Below are positions 61,854 to 64,000 of a DNA stretch of 64,000 bases, in pieces. The first letter of the stretch is position 1, and each line of letters opens with the position of its first letter. The DNA is from Octopus sinensis (taxonomy: Eukaryota), in assembly GCF_006345805.1 (NCBI RefSeq), contig NC_043002.1, positions 46,934,001 through 46,998,000 on the forward strand, given 5' to 3'. A program made the translations under genes and the position numbers. The notes beneath the pieces were generated by a model that worked only from the letters and a program-made list of their open reading frames with translations, was not told where the DNA came from and did not search any database.

Positions 61854-64000
61854 TGGCCCTGTTCCTGGGCCTTATATAACGTAACAACAGTAACATCATT
61901 CTGGAAATCAACATTACTAAAATCTCAGTCTTGTGTGCTAGCCTCAACTAACAGCTAACTTTTACAAATTGGTGATGTCTACTGCCACACCATCCAAACT
62001 TGTAACTCCAATGTCAACAATTAACTAATACCATATATGGGTAGCTCCCTGCTCAACCAAAATGACAAACTGGCCACCCTGATGTTAGAAATGTCAGCTA
62101 ACCAATTCCACAAACTGGTAATACCTGACAAGTAAGCCTCTCGACCAAACTATTGGTCGATAATGCCTAGTGTTTCACACAACAAATTGGTTATCATCAC
62201 AGCTACAAATTGGCAACCAGATCGCTAAAAATGGTAGCCAACCACCTAACTTTTCAAGTTTTTATGCAACACACAGCAGCCAACTGTAATTATGTTACAG
62301 ACAGTAAATCATTCACTGATACCTGTGTAAGGAAAAAATTTCTGCATATCACTTGCACAGTCTTCAGTAATAAGAACCCTATTCCTCATATTCATGTTTT
62401 CTCAGTTTCTCTAGAAGGTTGTAACACCTTTTCAAAGATTAACTTAGTTCAACATATAATCAGAATCTGATAGAACTTGTTGATGTTCATAAAACTGCTG
62501 TTACTTCACTCTTTGGACATTCAGAGGCATTACAAGAACCTTTTGTTTCTCTTTGCTTGTGCTTGGCATTTTAGCACCCATTCTGCATTCTTGAAGTCTC
62601 TGAATGTGAACAGTTCATTTTATTTGCCTTCATTTTCAGTTGCTTGCCTTTCACTTTTGCATTTTGTATTTTAATTCTTTGCCTTGTTTGCTGTATTGTT
62701 AGTTTGTGTTTTAAAATTTAGGCTTTATTCATGTACTCATGTACTTTTCTCTATCTCATGTATAATATTTTTGCATAACCATTTACCTGCTTGCCTTATT
62801 CATGTTGACAGCACTTCTACCCTGCAATTTCATTGTCGATTATGGTGGCATGTTATAAAACCTAGGAGCATTGTTTTAATTTGCTACAGATACCTTTCTC
62901 CATGGCACCTCATTCTAGATCTGCATTTGATTTCTGTGAGTACTTTCTATGATGTCTTTTCTGTGCCAGTTTTTATCCACCATTATGCATATATCACGCA
63001 GTTTTCTTTTATCCTATAATGATATTTACCACCCAATTTTAGAATGAATATTTCTATTTAAGTACATTTGACTTTCTCTGCACTTTTTGGTTTCAAAAAT
63101 GCATGCATTCTTCACATTTGCTTCTTTTTTTGTCTGCTTGTCTCTTGATAAACTTATTGACAGGAGAGCACTTGTAGCAAGTTGGCAGAGACAGACCTTA
63201 TCAGGTGATCTTGGTTTATATTACTGTCAATCATTGCTCTGGTACATTTGTGTGGTGGCAAGACTAATGGAAAATTCCATGCAGTTTTGTGCTAAATCAT
63301 AGGTAAAAGTTGAGATGTCCAAGAAGTACAACATAGAGGAGCCAGAGGGCTTGAGAGGCTTGTAGAGTTCTTTTTGCCTCTCTTTTTGTGTAAAAAGACC
63401 AACTCTTACCAAGCACTAAAACTAAACATTTTCTCCTCTCACACACTAGCTGTAAGTATTCGGCATAACAGCTTAACATAACTATTAACTATTGTAACCT
63501 CAGTCTGTCAATAAACATGTTACTAAAATCTAGATATTGTAATTGATTTTATTTGGGAGCAAGATGCAGCCAGACCAAACAATCCAGATCCCAGCTAATC
63601 ATGCCTGCAGTATTATAGCTAAGTTGGATTTATTTTATTACTGACAATACCTGGTTTTCGGATATAAATTCCCTGTAACCAAATAAATATTAAGAAAAGT
63701 GTAATTATTAATGGTTTAGCATTGATACCAGGATTGAGTAGGGCTTGATAAATCATGGATGTTAATAAATAACAGACATTATTGATAGCTGATACATATT
63801 TAGAAATAATAGATATTATTGATAGACAATGTGATAGATAATGGATGTTTACAAAAAATGTTAATAAATAATACCTCATCATCATCATCATTGCCACCAC
63901 CACCACCACCACCACCATCATCATCATCATATTCTTTGTTCATATCTTCATGCCTGCATGGAGCAGACAGAATGCTTGGATGCAGATTTTTTACAGCCAG

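Noticed and set aside
62480-63420. Possible piggyBac transposase relic on the minus strand
   Set aside because: Only vague motif similarity (YKPLKPSG); no TIR, TTAA or catalytic motif could be confirmed.

Overview
This is AT-rich eukaryotic genomic DNA, not prokaryotic: there are no operons, CRISPR arrays or rRNA, and almost all ORF-track entries are microsatellite or repeat artefacts. The SINE families and the (TA)n/(ACAT)n/(GAT)n microsatellite load strongly suggest an octopus (coleoid cephalopod) genome; this comes from recognising the repeats, not from a database search. The window is dominated by decayed mobile DNA: three tRNA-head SINE families (working labels A-C), an RTE-tailed repeat with an internal VNTR (D), an (AAC)n-tailed repeat (F), fragments of RTE, L1/Tx1, R4/Dong and HERO-like non-LTR retrotransposons, Penelope-like pseudo-LTR foldbacks, and mariner, maT (DD37D), Tc1-like (DD36E), pogo and piggyBac DNA transposons/MITEs. 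No intact host protein-coding gene can be named. A CpG-retaining region at about 31.3-33.0 kb with a strong minus-strand splice donor looks like a promoter and first exon, and a few candidate exons are reported at low confidence. The best single find is a type I hammerhead ribozyme motif with a complete catalytic core (14410-14496), sitting in one arm of a 636-bp foldback. Decayed or variant hammerhead-like motifs occur in other foldback repeats. Repeat boundaries are read by eye and are approximate unless TSD/TIR positions are given.
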